The position numbers and the translations under genes were made by a program. From positions 2,170,001 to 2,234,000 of the forward strand of contig NC_043001.1 in NCBI RefSeq assembly GCF_006345805.1: a DNA stretch of 64,000 bases, written 5' to 3'. This DNA is from Octopus sinensis (taxonomy: Eukaryota). This document shows positions 13,946 through 27,290 of the stretch, one piece after another; the stretch's first letter is position 1, and every line of letters begins with the position of its first letter. The notes beneath the pieces are model-generated. The model ran no database searches. It worked only from the letters and a program-made list of their open reading frames with translations, and was not told the origin of the DNA.

Positions 13946-14839
13946 GCCATGAAACGTCAATGCCATCACAATGATTCCCTCAGAGTTACTTCCCTTGGTG
14001 ATGAACTCCAAAACTTAACTGCACTTGGTTCAGTGGTCCACAAGCTTGTGCAGTCCCTCCAAGAAGAAGGATTTCAGTTGGTCGTGCCACCCTTTATGCA
14101 CATCTTAAAGATTCAATGTGTTGCTTGGTTCAGCAATCAAACTTCAAAAGGAATAATCAAGAGTTCAATTCCCCCGAAATCAATCTAAACACATTCTAAA
14201 GTCAGTAGACAAGGGAAAAGTAAAGAGTATTGCTGGTTTGTCTTGCTCAATTCTACTTTAAGATCAAACATACTTTGGTAATACTTAGATATTATTTCTA
14301 ATTTTAATCATAAACGAAACGAATTTTGTTTTTATCAACAAAATATTTTTATAGGAAAGAAAGAAAAAACATTAAAAGAATTAAAGATCAAATGACTGAG
14401 AGAAGGAAAAGACCCACAACTCGTTCACCGAAGAAACAAAGAAAACAACTGGGGTTAAGCAGGAAGGGGAAATGGGTTGAACACCCCAAAATAAATGGTG
14501 AGTTTAGTTGTGCCTCACAGACAGGATTGTAAAGGGGGTTTGCATAGAGAATGGCTAGCAACACACATTGCAGCAGTGTTCCCACCCTGTGGGGCTCATT
14601 TCTCAATCAGGCTATATTTATCGTGATTTTGTAGAGGAAATCACCAGTGAGGCGTTGGAGGATACCTGAGGTCCTGAACGTGACTGGCACAAACTGATAT
14701 TGGCCATGTCAATATTTCTTTCCTCTACATTACAGGCAACAATACCCAGGTTTGCAGCCAATATTGGAATTATATCCCATTATAATTTCAGATCTCTAAA
14801 TAGTCTTACTTTATTTTGTATGGATTCTCTTATCACTAC

Positions 14840-15200
14840 CTTAACAAGAATGGCAAAATTTATGCTTGGCTGATGATGTCATTACAAGGTTGAAACATGT
14901 GCAGATATGACTCCCTTCTATATAATATTAGTCAATAGCTCATATTATATTTCCCCATTTTCCTCAAATCATGCTTATTTCTCTCTAGACTTAATTAGTT
15001 TTAAATACCTTAATACTCTTGGTTTTCATATAAAAGGTGTTTCTTGGAGTTAAATTTCATATTTTAACATCAACCAGTATATAATTTTTTACATTTATCT
15101 CAATAATTTTTCAACAGTTTCTTTAACATGGAACAAGAAAGTCTATATTCTTGCTGATGAGGTCATAATAACACTGAAACTTATCTAGAATTAAACCTAT
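14840..15200 (+). repeat. Two diverged ~284-bp-spaced units, each with a degenerate hammerhead-like motif
   Basis: CTGATGA-tgtcattacaaggtt-GAAACATGT at 14870 and CTGATGA-ggtcataataacact-GAAAC at 15154, with similar upstream context. Confidence 0.45.
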
Positions 15201-16669
15201 CTGCCGAAATAATCTTATCGATTAATTGATACTGTTGCTTATGCCTTATCATATAGTTACTTCTAGTTTGGTTTTCAATGATCCCTACATTATACACAAA
15301 TTATTACTACCATAGATATTATTTTGTCATGCAGATGACAGCTCTGAATTATTATTTTTTTAATGATTTTTTGCCTTTAAACAACAGTATGCTATAAGAC
15401 AGTAACCTAGATAGTAATAGAGCTTTGAATTCAACCCAGGAGATGCTAAATAATTATTTCTATATAATAATAACAGAAACAACAACAACAACTACATCTG
15501 CAACAACTACCCAGCTCTTGTTATTTACAATATATGTTAACATTATCCCCATTAATATTTTCAAGAAAAATCCATTCTTACCATTTTTTTCTGCCGCCAA
15601 TATTGGAAGTAAATTAATAATTCATATTTTCTTAATTCATAAATTTTTTTTCCTGGTTACTTTTTCTTTTCTTTTCTTTTATTTAATTTCAGTTTTTTTT
15701 TTTCATCTTCAAGTCTATGAAATTTGACAATCTGTCAACGGAATTAAAGTCAGAACAAGGAAAACTCTTCTTTGATGCATTGAACTTTTAATTCTTGGAT
15801 CTTAAAATTTATCGTAAAAAGCCTGGTGTTAATGAACAGTAGTAAAACAAATGGCAATGAAAGAGAAGCATTCTCTCTCCACCCCCGACAATATTCTAAT
15901 GGATTACACTCTTCGATGAAATTTATTTATTATTATTATTATCGTTATTAGTATTACCATCATCACCATCATCATCATCATGATTATTATTATTACTATT
16001 ATTTTAATTTTTATTATCTTCATACTTTACTTCGTCAAGATGTAGCTAAAAGGTTGAATTTTAGCTTAAAATATTACAGAAATTTATTATTGATCTTGTC
16101 AATTTGAGACTAAATGAATGAATGAATAATTAAATAAATAAAATAAGAAATAAGGAAGGAAGAAAGGAAAGAAAGAAGGAAAGAAAAAAAGAAAGGAAGC
16201 AAAAAGGAAGAAAGAAGGAATGCATTGCTAGATTGTATTTTTGATATCAATATTGAAATGTAAATTTAGTTTTCATCTGAAATCAACACATGTTCTGCAG
16301 GCCAATGAATGGGACCTCTATGTCGGTGCTTGACCTGCTACAGTAAGTGACCAAATTTATCATGTCTCATCGTAACATCTGACAAAGTCGGTGGGGGGGG
16401 GGTGCTGGTGGGTTGAAGAACATACAGCATGGTATAGTTCGAAGTAGACTGCACCTGAATAAAAGATGGGCTGGTCTTTGTTTATTAGTGTAACAATAGA
16501 GTCAACTGTGAATTGAACCTCGCACTCTAGATTCACTCCTCATATCAGTAATTTTGTATCCAACTCGTCAAAATTTCACTCTAACTTCCATGCCCATTCC
16601 TTCTTCTGCAGAGTTTCATCCCTCTGGAATTCCCCTCAAGCACATGTCATTCATGTCAGCTTCAATACA

Positions 16670-17700
16670 GTAACCCTTTTGCATTTATATTGCTTTGCCA
16701 GTTATCCTACATTCACATATGAGTAATGCTTTCCTCTTTTGACTTACATAGTCTTCAGTGGGAATCTTTTATCCAATTAGTCCTTGATGCTTGATCTTGT
16801 GTAGCTACTACCAAGCTTTCTGTCTCCCTTTTCAACTTTCCTTTCTGCAATCATAGTCATGTCTCAATAGTACTATTTACTGAAACTATCTTTGAGAATC
16901 TACCATGCAACGCCTTCTCCTGCCAGTTAGATAGTTTCTGTTCTTTTCTCTGGTTTTTAAGTTCACTTGGTGTTTTGGTTTCCTTTTGTCTTGCTGGGAC
17001 TCTAGCAGCTTTTAGTAAACTTTCTTTACTTGTACCTACATAAGAGTTTATATCTATTCTAGCTAACTCCACGCAGTCTTCTACTGATATTAACCCTATT
17101 CCACCTTCCTCTCTAGATAAGTATAAATGTGCTACTCCTGCCCTTGGGTGGAGTCCTCCATTCACATTGAATTCCATTCCAGTTCTTCTGTCTACCTTTG
17201 CTAATTCAGTTTTTGTCCAATCTACAAAAGCTGCTGAGTATCGAAGTAATGATATAGCCCAAGTATTTACAGCCTTCACAAGATTCGAACCATTTACCTT
17301 TGACTTCATCAGCTTCCTCACTCTTCTCATGTACTCCTTGTCAATTTTCATTTTCCTTCCTGCAATTGGTACTCCCTCAGATTCTAATACTCCTAGATAC
17401 TTATAACTCTCTCTCCCCCTATCAATGTTTTTAATGTCTGGCCATCAGGTAATTGGATGCCTTCGCTGCTCACTACCTGTCCCCTTCTCATGACTAATAT
17501 TGCACACTTATCTCTGCCAAATTCCATGCCCATATCTTTGCTGAAGAGTCTTGCAGTCTGTATTAAGGAATCTATTTCTTTTTCATTCTTACTAAAAAGC
17601 TTCAGATCATCCATGTAGAGCAAATGGTTAATTTTTCTATTACCATTTTTGAACTGATTCACTGCCTTTGCCTTCCTTAATATTAAACTGATGGTGATCA
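16670..17700 (-). mobile_element. Decayed R4/Dong-like non-LTR retrotransposon fragment (RT domain 5 onward)
   Basis: ORFs 17393-17701 (INHLLYMDDLKLF..DMGMEFGRDKCA) and 16857-17351 (AVNTWAISLLRYS..LHPRAGVAHLYLSREEGGIGL..KALHG) are homologous to the 52053 ORF. The 5' end abuts (TTA)n. Confidence 0.88.
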
Positions 17701-17899
17701 AATTATTATTATTGTTGTTGTTGTAGTTGTTATTATTTACTCAAACGATGATGATGATAATGATGATGATAATGATTCCTGTCTGTTACCATCACTTTCC
17801 AGACACACCCAGCATCTTAGGGTGAGGGAAGAGAAAGAGATGTTACAGTATGACTGAAAGCTTGGGAGGGTAAGTGGCAGGGGCAGTGGTGAAATATCA

Positions 17900-18380
17900 T
17901 CATGTAATACAACAGACATTTAAACGGATGGGGTTTTTCTGAGGATGTGAGCAGCACTTGTCAACACAATCTTTTGGATTTATCTGAGACATGGTTCTCC
18001 TGGGATCTTATCTAGATGTTTTCCACATCCCTTTCTTATTGTAGCTAGAACACCCACAATAACAGGAACAGTTTTCACTTTAACATGCCACATCTTTTCT
18101 CTTTCAGTTTCCAGGTCCTTATATTTACTTGATTTGTCAAATTCCTTTACAGATATATTTTCATCAGTGGGAACACATTTATTAGACTACAAGTATTTTC
18201 TCCCTTGTCTTTAATGACTATGTCTGGCCAATTGGCATGGATCATTCTGTTGGTACTAACTGGAGGATAGTGACATTTTTACTTTCCATGACTGGCTCAG
18301 GATGATGTTCATACCAGTAAGCATAAGTGTTGATTTCGTAGATTTTGCATATTTTCAAATGTAAATACAGTCTTACCCTA
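17900..18380 (-). mobile_element. R4/Dong-like RLE C-terminal fragment next to a (TTA)n array
   Basis: Minus strand reads WYEHHPEPVMESKNVTIL, ANWPDIVIKD and KYKDLETEREKMWHVKVKTVPVIVGVL..IQKIVLT. Confidence 0.85.
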
Positions 18381-18402
18381 TTATTATTATTATTATTATT
18401 AC

Positions 18403-18436
<34 letters not shown>

Positions 18437-18601
18437 TGGAAGGAGTAACTGAGTGAAACAAGGACTGAGAGTTTTGTGTGTCAGCACTTATCAAACTAAA
18501 TACCATCTTGAACTTATGTGTGTGTGTGTGTGTGTGTGTCTGTGTGTGCATGCCCATGTGTATGTATGTATGTATGTGCATGTGTGTGTGTGTGTGTGTG
18601 T

Positions 18602-18644
<43 letters not shown>

Positions 18645-19224
18645 TGTGTAAAGCAGTATTCTGCACACTTAACATCTGCTGTATTTCACTCATGAGGTTT
18701 TCGTTAATGCAAGGCCATAGCAAACGAAAAGGTTGCAAAGAGCCACACACTGAGATCAAACCGAGGACTGTGTGGCTGCAAAGCCAACTTTTTAATCTCA
18801 CCACTTTGCTAATTGAGTTGAGAAAGCAACGGAGCATTAAAAATATTGGGTGACGTATAAATTCCTGTATTGGATCTGTAATATGAGTGATTGATCTATT
18901 ATGAGTGAATAATTAGCTAGAGATAGTGATGAAAGATTAATTAAATGAACTGCAGGTAGGATCTAATTATTGAGATAAGGGGAAATGTAGTTAAATTAGT
19001 ACTGAGAAGAGCATTTTTTTCTCTCATAAAAGAAGTGGTAAGGGTTCAGACCGCAGAGGAACTTGCCATTTTACAAGACTGTTCTCATTGAAGGAAACGT
19101 GTCTTCAAATAACGATAATCCCATATTCCATTATCCAACTTGGTATTCAGTTCTAGCATTCCACCTTCTAATATCAATTCATAAGTTGATCATCTGTGAC
19201 TAGAATTCAAACATCAATAATGAC

Positions 19225-19570
19225 ACTTGCTTCTCAACCACATGCTTCCAGGTTCAGTTCCACTGCATGGTACATTGGGCAGATGTCTTTTACTATAACC
19301 TTAGGCAGACCAAAGTCTTATGAGTGTATTTGGTAGATTAAAACTGAAAGAAGCCCATTGTATGTGTGTGTGTGTGTCTTTGTGTCTGTGTCTGTCCCCC
19401 ACCACCGTTTGATAACCAGTGTTGGTGTGTTTACATCCCCATAAGTGAGTGGTTCAGTAGAAGCATCATACTTAAAAGGAATAAGTACTGGGATCAATTC
19501 ATTGAACTAAAAATTCTTCAAAGTGTGCCCCAGCATGACCACAGTCTAATGAGTGAAACTAGCACAAGAT
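19225..19570 (+). mobile_element. Family A SINE, head truncated
   Basis: Matches 63288-63700. Confidence 0.8.
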
Positions 19571-19807
19571 ACAGTTTGCAATTCATTTGCACCCCATTGA
19601 GTTTTGGGGGAAATTTTAGGATCATGTTTTATTGTTAAAAGACAGAACAGATATTTTGGGCTTTTAAAATACGATCACAATCAGAGCGAGACAGGGACAT
19701 GGATTTCTAAGGATGATAACATGGATAATATTACAAGTAATACAAGTAGTATGCATAACATGGATACTATTAAAGCCAACTATGATCATATGGATACACA
19801 TGTGAAT

Positions 19808-20265
19808 ATCATCATCATCATCATCATCATCATTTAACATCTGCTTTCCATGCTAGCATGGGTTGGATGATATGACTGGGGTCTGGCGAACCAGACTTCA
19901 ATCTGATCTGGCAGAGTTTCTACAGCTGGATGCCCTTCCTAACGCCAACCACTCTGAGAGTGTAGTGGGTGCTTTTACATGCCACCGGCACGAGGGTCAG
20001 TTTGGTGGTACTGGCAATGGCCACACTCAGATAGTGCTTTTTATGTGCCACCTGCACAGGAGCCATTCCAGTGGCACTGGCAATGACCCCGTTCAAATGT
20101 TTTTTCACGTGCCACCAGCACAAATGCTAGTAAGGTGACGCAGTAACAATCATGCTCGAATGGTGTGTTTAACGTGCCATCGGCACGAAGGCCAGCTTGT
20201 CACTCTGGCAACGATCTTACTCGTATGGTACTCTTTGCGCTCCACTAGCAATGGATACTAGTCAC
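19808..20265 (-). mobile_element. RTE-tailed short retroelement (family C) with internal ~40-bp subrepeats
   Basis: Shares the 3' tail of the RTE at 4240-4620 (..GGAAGGGCATCCAGCTGTAG..CCAACCCATGC..GATGATGAT). Further copies at ~21165-21610 (-), 21715-21920 (+), 26345-26620 (-), 59265-59445 (-), 60130-60335 (-) and 62220-62420 (-). Confidence 0.8.
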
Positions 20266-20437
20266 TGAGTTTGATTTCGACTTTGGACAATAAATATATA
20301 TGAATAGTCCTAACTATTATTACTCATATTACTAATGACAACAATAACAGTAATACTCATAGATCTAATCGTAGGACTAACAATATTGCTAACTCTACTG
20401 ATTTTGATGCAGCTATTAATGCACTTCTCAGAATAAG

Positions 20438-20830
20438 GTATACAACTGTAGATTACTTCTTAATTGTCCTTTGTGGACCATTACTTATGCTATAATGCTG
20501 TATATAAATGTATTGTCACAACCATACAGAGCCACAATCTATGTTGAAGCTTCTGCTTGAATATCACGAGGAACCAGCCTACATCCTTGGCTGACTATAT
20601 CCAGCACCTCAAAATCGAGAGCATTTGGTATGGCATTTTCTAATCCATTACTGATAATGGAATGTCATACATTGGAAACCAACTACCTTGTAGTTTATGC
20701 TGCCATGAGTCCCCCTATATATTATGTGAGAATGAAAACCATCATCCTTAATTACTTCTCTGATGTGATTACCTCTTGTTGGCACAGATATTACAAAACT
20801 TTCTCTCATTACCATTCTTTTGTATGAAAG
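20438..20830 (+). mobile_element. Decayed Penelope-like GIY-YIG endonuclease coding remnant
   Basis: Across frameshifts it reads YNCRLL/NCPL/NAVYKCIVTT/IYVEAS, then PTSLADYIQHLKIESIWYGIF*SITDNGMSYIGNQLPCSLCCHESPYILCE, then LNYFSDVITSCWHRYYK. Same motif series as 11152-11334. Confidence 0.7.
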
Positions 20831-23213
20831 CAATTCCTTATTTCAAATCTCAAACTTAGCAGAGTGTCATTTCTCCTGGGGAGATAAACTGTCTGTCTTG
20901 CCATGAATAGCCGGCTTAGTCGTTGGGGTGTGGTCAGAGTTATTCCTGTGTAGCATTGCAATTCTGTTGCAATGATTTATGGGGAGTTATTCACTGTTAA
21001 CATAGGGGATTGCGTGAGGTCAAGTTGGTGAGTTTGTACATTCTAAACAGAAAGGTTCTGACATTTACCAGAAAACATTTCTTTCCCTGTGTTCAATGAA
21101 TCAATGGACTGAACAAAAATACAGGATTACTAAAAACCAGGCACTGTGAATGTGTGTGTGTGTGTCATCATCATCATCGTTTACCGTCCGTTTTCCATGC
21201 TGGCATGGGTTGGACAGTTTGACTGAGGTCTAGAGAGCCAGTGGCTACATCAGGCTCCAATCTGATCTAGCAATGTTTCAACAGCTGGATGCCCTTTCTA
21301 ATGCCAACCACTTCAAGTGTGTAGTGGGTGCTTTTTACATGCCACTGGCACAGGAGCCAGCCAGTCAGGTGGGCCTGGCATCGATTGCATTCGGATAGTA
21401 ATTTTTATGTGCCGCTGGTGGGTAGAGCCAGTCAGGGGCTGCTGGCATCAGCCACATTCAGATGGCACATTTTATGTGTCACCAGCATGGGAGCCAGTCA
21501 GGGTGTACTGGCATCGGCTATGTTTGGATGGTGCTTTTAGCATGCCACTGGCACGGGGGCCAGTCAGGCGGTCCTGACATCGATCACTTTCAGATAGTGC
21601 CTTTTACATGTGTGTGTATACATACACACACACACACACAAACACACACACGTATCTTTATCTATCTGTCTACCTATCTGTCTGTCTGTCTGTCTACATG
21701 CCTAAAATGCTTCTGTACTGGTGCCTCATGAAAAGTGCCCAGTACATTCTGTAAAATGGTTGGCTTTAGGAAGGGCATCCAGCCATAGAAACTGTGCCAA
21801 AAGGGCCATTTGGAGCCTGGTGCAGCTCTCTGTCTTGCCAGTTCCCTGTCAAACCATCCAACTGATACCAACACGGAACATAGATGTTAAATGATGAGGA
21901 TTAATGATGGTGATGATGGTATATGGGCACACACACTATGTATCAATGTATATAAGTTGGGATGTGTGAGAAAGAGAGAAAGAGAGAGAGAGATAAAGAA
22001 AGAGAGAGAGAGAATATTTTAGCAACCTTTAATATATTCCACTTTCCCTAAGTTTTCACCATCTCCCCCAACAAACAACCATAAACTATATATCATGTAC
22101 TGCTTCAGATAAATTCGATTTCATTTCTTTTAATATATATTTTTAACTCCATTTTGTCCGCTCTTGCACTTTTAATCTATAAGTATATCTTGGTAGCACT
22201 TTAGTTTGCTTTATTCATTTCTTTTTTGTGTGTTTCTTTTGTCAAACCTGAACCAGTAACAAGTGTTTGTAACATATACTCAGTCTTTTAAACGACTGCT
22301 ACTTCTGTTCCAGAAAACAATAAGTAACTTGACACACTTCTTCCATACCGAAGCTCTCCGCCTTTCTCTCCACCATCTTAGTTTTTGCTTTGCATTTCTT
22401 CTTTTAACAAACTAAGAGAAACAAGGTTTCTTATATTCATAATGTGGAGGCAAACTGTCTTGGGAGAAGGAAGATCCAAAACAAAATGAAGATTGCATGA
22501 AGACATTTTTATCAATTCATACGTCACATGTTTTGTTGTCAGGAAAGTAATTTGTCAAAAAGAAAAGAAGATGAATTAAAACTGATCTACAGGAAGAAAC
22601 AGCTTCTTCTTGAGCTGGCATTGCAAATACCGTTGTTGTTGCCATGGTGATATCATAACTACTCAACCACACAGTCTGCCAGTAACATTAGCAGTAAAAT
22701 TCTAAGCAGAAATAATTTAATAGGCAAGATACCTCCATTTACATATACAGGGTTAACTGAAGGTATGTTAGTGCTTTACCCAAAAGAAAGAGACCAGTGG
22801 AAATAACAGCCCCAGATCTATATCTAATTGTTTTTAACCTTTCATATTTGAAATGTATATAAGGGTCAGTTTTAACTTTCCTTTAGCCAGGCATAATAAA
22901 CGGGTTTTAAAAAATGGTTGCTTTTGTTTTGAACCTTGGGTCGGCCAGGCTTGATGAAGCAGACCTCTGATACAAAAGCATTACAGCCATGACCATCCTT
23001 TCAATTTCAACCTCTCACTCTCTCTTTCTCTCTCTCGTTTTGTCTCTTTCTGTCTGTCACCCTCTGTCCCTCTCCCCCTCCCCCTCCCTCGTTCTCTCTC
23101 ATATCTGCAGGCATCTTCAACCATGACCTTTCATGCCAAACTCTGAAAATCCCTGAATTTCCCTGCCAAAAATACAGCAATGGTTTCTTTTTAACTTCTC
23201 TTGTTTTATTTAA

Positions 23214-23433
23214 CCCTTTTGTTACCAACCTGGCTGAAACCGGCTCTGGCTCTGTAGCACAAATGTCATGTTTTCAAAATTTCTGAATTAAAATCTTCTG
23301 CCAAACCTTAGTCACAATTTATGTTCCTAACATTAGCTTAACGATAACTTAGTCATTTTACTAAATTCTTTTTTATATCAAAAATATTTGAAGGAAAAAC
23401 AGAGCATCTTAAAATAAATACAGTAATGAAGGG
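23214..23433. mobile_element. piggyBac-like MITE with TTAA TSD
   Basis: TTAA|CCCTTTTGTTAC ... GTAATGAAGGG|TTAA. Related decayed copies in the opposite orientation at ~6853-7035 and ~36790-37130. Confidence 0.75.
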
Positions 23434-24389
23434 TTAAAGTTTACTCTGTTGGTCATCTTCCCTCCCTGGTTTACCTTCTGTTTACAAGGTCACTTTATCT
23501 GTCACACAGTGGGTGTGGTGGGGGTTGGGGGGGCGTGTTTCATGAGACATTGGGGCTTATCTACCTACCAGTGGGGCCTCGGTGTATGCTACCAAATCAT
23601 ATTTTACTGCTATTTCTAACGAATCAGGAACCTCCCATAAAATTCTGGTTGGTATCGGTAAAAGACAATTTATTAAAGTAAGAATAACAGATAATTATAG
23701 AGGATGCTATGAGGAGAAGAGAATGGTTAACATTCTGAGAAGGATTCCGCTGTGTGAAATAATATAATTGTGTTCACAGCAGATGAACAATATTTCATTT
23801 TTAAACATATAATTCCAACATTGAAATCTGACCAAAATAATATTTTTATAATCAATCTATCATAGAAAGATATTCTTCACTCCCTGCCATTCTTCTTGCT
23901 GCTTTGTTTTGTTGCAGCATCATAAAACATAACTAATTTTGAAACACGATGAAAAAAAAGAAAAATGGAAATTATCAAGTAAAGAAAGAAGCAAGATAAA
24001 GAATTCTGAATTATGTTTTACATAATAGATATTTATAGATATTTATAGTTTGTATTAGTTTGGAACTGTGCTCTATTAAAATCTCTGCTGCTGATCTCAA
24101 GATCAAAAGTCACTTTCTAGATATTTCAGGCATAAAGAGAATTTAGAGAATAAAGATATGCAAAAGTAAAGATGTTTCTTGCATGCAAACACACTCATAC
24201 ACACACACACGCACACACTCACACACACACACACACACATGCGTGCACACATGCAACATATGCTAGCACAGAAGTAGGCATATATTTGCAGAGACAAACA
24301 TAAGTGTATGAAGATAGACATGTCACTGAGGCAACAATGAATACACAGTGTACGATAATAATGATAATAATAACAATAATAATAATAAT

Positions 24390-24451
<62 letters not shown>

Positions 24452-26619
24452 CGACGACGACGATGATGATGATGATGATGATGATGATAAGGTTGATGAT
24501 GATGATGATGATTTCTTTTTCTTACTTTGCACAATGCCAGCTATTCTGGGGGTGGGGAAGTGAATCACATTTACCCCAATGTTCGACTGCTACTTATTTA
24601 TAAACCCTGAAGGGGATGAAAAGTGAAGTCGACCTCAGTGGAATTTGAACTCTGTTTGGCCACAAGAACTGTATATAAACATTTAGGACAACACACAGAT
24701 AAACGATAACATGGAGAGAGATGAAACAAGAAATTCAATCCAAGAAAATTATAACAAAATTCTCTAATAGGATGGAGTACCAAGCAAGGGTAACCAAGAA
24801 ACTCAGAGCATCTGGGTCTCATTAACTGCCAAGAGTAAAAACTAGGAAATACCTCTTTCTCACCTGTTCCCTCAATCCTATGAATAGAAACCAAGAATAG
24901 GCCCTCAGGCTTTACTCACTTTTCAACAAGTTTACTAGAAGTTGGGGCAGCAAGCTTCTCTCCCTCACCTCCCTTTTCAAATGGAACCTAAAACATCGTT
25001 GAGGGCCAAAGAGGAAAGTGTCAGCCTTCAGTCACTTCAGCCTCATTCACCGCACAAACACTTTCACCACAGCCACTAGATGGAGGAAATTCCTGCCCTT
25101 CCTAATAAATGGAAAGCTGTGAGCCGATCTTTATTGCTGAGTTTTCTGATAACTGGTTTCATCCAACACATGGTAGCAGCTATTCAACATCGCTTTACAA
25201 GCCAGCAATGCTCAGGCACCATATGAACCTGGTCTCTACATGTCCCTCTACATATATCTCAGGAAGGCCCAGCTGAAGGCACTGCTGCCATAGCTGTAGT
25301 GTTTTGTCTTAAATAGACAATGACCTCTAGTAGCCAGCCAAGGGATTTCAGGAATTTATTCTAAGGCACTGGATCGAAATTCTTCCAGAACAAACCCTTG
25401 AGCTGATTCTCATTAATGTCCAGAGTCTTCCAGAGGATGTTTCTCATGTCCACTTCTAATCCCTGACAGAACACCATGGTGGAGCTGCAATCAACCACGT
25501 CATCAGAGGCATGGTTGGCAAACACCCGTTTGGACGGGGGCAAGGGCACTTCTATTGCTTGTGTATGTAAGAAGGGTGAGAAGAGGAGCAAGATGCATGC
25601 TCTGTTTTCATGAGTTTTCTTCATGGGAGCCGTAATTGTTTATATTGTTGACCCATAAACCAAAACTGGCCCAACAGCAATTCTAAAGGAGCATATTATA
25701 TATGATAGGTTTGTTTCAGCAACAATTGGCTTCCTTTATACCCCCACCTCGAACTCTGATATTATAAGTTCGTTCAAGTGACAAGTCATCATTGACTGAG
25801 ATGTATCCAGGTATAGATGGCTCTTCTAGTTTCCTTAGAAGAAACTTGCCCAGATGTTGTTTGAAAGTGATGGGATCTTTTTTTCTTTGACTTGTTTTGA
25901 GATGATGTTAAATAGAGCAGAGCCTGTTGAGGAAAAGTAATAGATTAAGTAAGTTTTTGTGTAATCATGAAATTTGCATACATTCTGTCAGATTAAAATC
26001 TGACAGAAGCAGAAAGTTACATAGGACAACTGAAAGGTTCATTATGACAATGCATAGCTGCACAGACTGCAAATTAAAATACAGGAAAATAGGACTCTGT
26101 CAACATGTTGGCACATGTGCAAATAAGAAACACCCACAATTTATGATGAACAAATTGATACAGGTAGTTTATCCTGTCTCCCTTCGACTTTTAGTTCATG
26201 CAATTGAAAAAGCTGCATTATTTATGGGATGACCCAATGTATATATACTATTTCTGGGTTAACAAGGCTACCATTGGTTTCATGCCTGTCACATCCGATG
26301 TTGGATACTGATCCTCACTGATTCACATTAGCATATATATATATCATCATCATCATCATCATCGTCGTCATCCCTTAACATCAGTTTTCCATGTTGGCTT
26401 GGGTTGGATGGCTTGACTGGAGCTGGTAAGCCAGAGAGCTGCACCAGGTTCCAGTCTGGTTTGGCTTGGTTTCAGCAGCTGGATGCCCTTTCCTAATACC
26501 AACCACTTTATAGTGTATGCTTGGCACTTCTACATGGCACTGGCACGAACAGGCATAGGTGGCACCAGCACGAGTGCTTTTTATGTAGCACCATCACAAG
26601 ACTCTTGCAAGTCAATCCT

Positions 26620-27290
26620 CTTCAACAGGAGATGTGGCCTTCACACTTCTGCTGTGGAGGAGGACAGGTCTTCTTGAGTACAGCAAGGTGCCAGGTATCT
26701 CATTCCTTCGTCATCCTGTCTGAGATGTTCACCATTCTGCAGTCGTCTTTTAATACTTAATCCCAACTTCTCCTTTCTCTCCTTCTCTCACAAACACCAT
26801 CCACTTTGAGTGAATGACACTTCTTTTTGGAGCTGCCAGCACCCATCCACATCCCAACACCGAACCAGCACAGTCTTCCCTCTTTCACACTGCATCTAAT
26901 TCCACTCATGCCAAACTACCCTCACAACGCACTATCACTCTGTTGCACATGTACGCTGACATTGCACATCCAGCAGAACATACCAGCCTCGTTCCTCTCT
27001 AGCTCTCCTTTGTCTGCAGCATTCAGGACAAATGACTCATTATTCTATAGAATTGCTGTTTGTATACATGGCTCATACATGAGAAAGACCTTTGGCTGCC
27101 AACAGAATTTTCTCCATCCTATTCTTATTCTAGCTACTACTCTCTCCATACATCCTCCTCCACTACTGATTGGGTCCCCTAGGTAGCTGAAATAATCTGC
27201 TACCTCCAAAGAGCCTCCATGGCATTTGAGAAACTTAATTTCCCATGTATCTGTAGTTTTTATGGCTCCTGTGCAACCTCCATGTTTGAA
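26620..27290 (-). mobile_element. RTE-clade LINE fragment, same family as 3250-4620
   Basis: ORF 27045-27440 contains LEVADYFSYLGDPISSGGGCMERVVARIRIGWRKF. Downstream sequence is homologous to 3290-3700. Confidence 0.85.
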
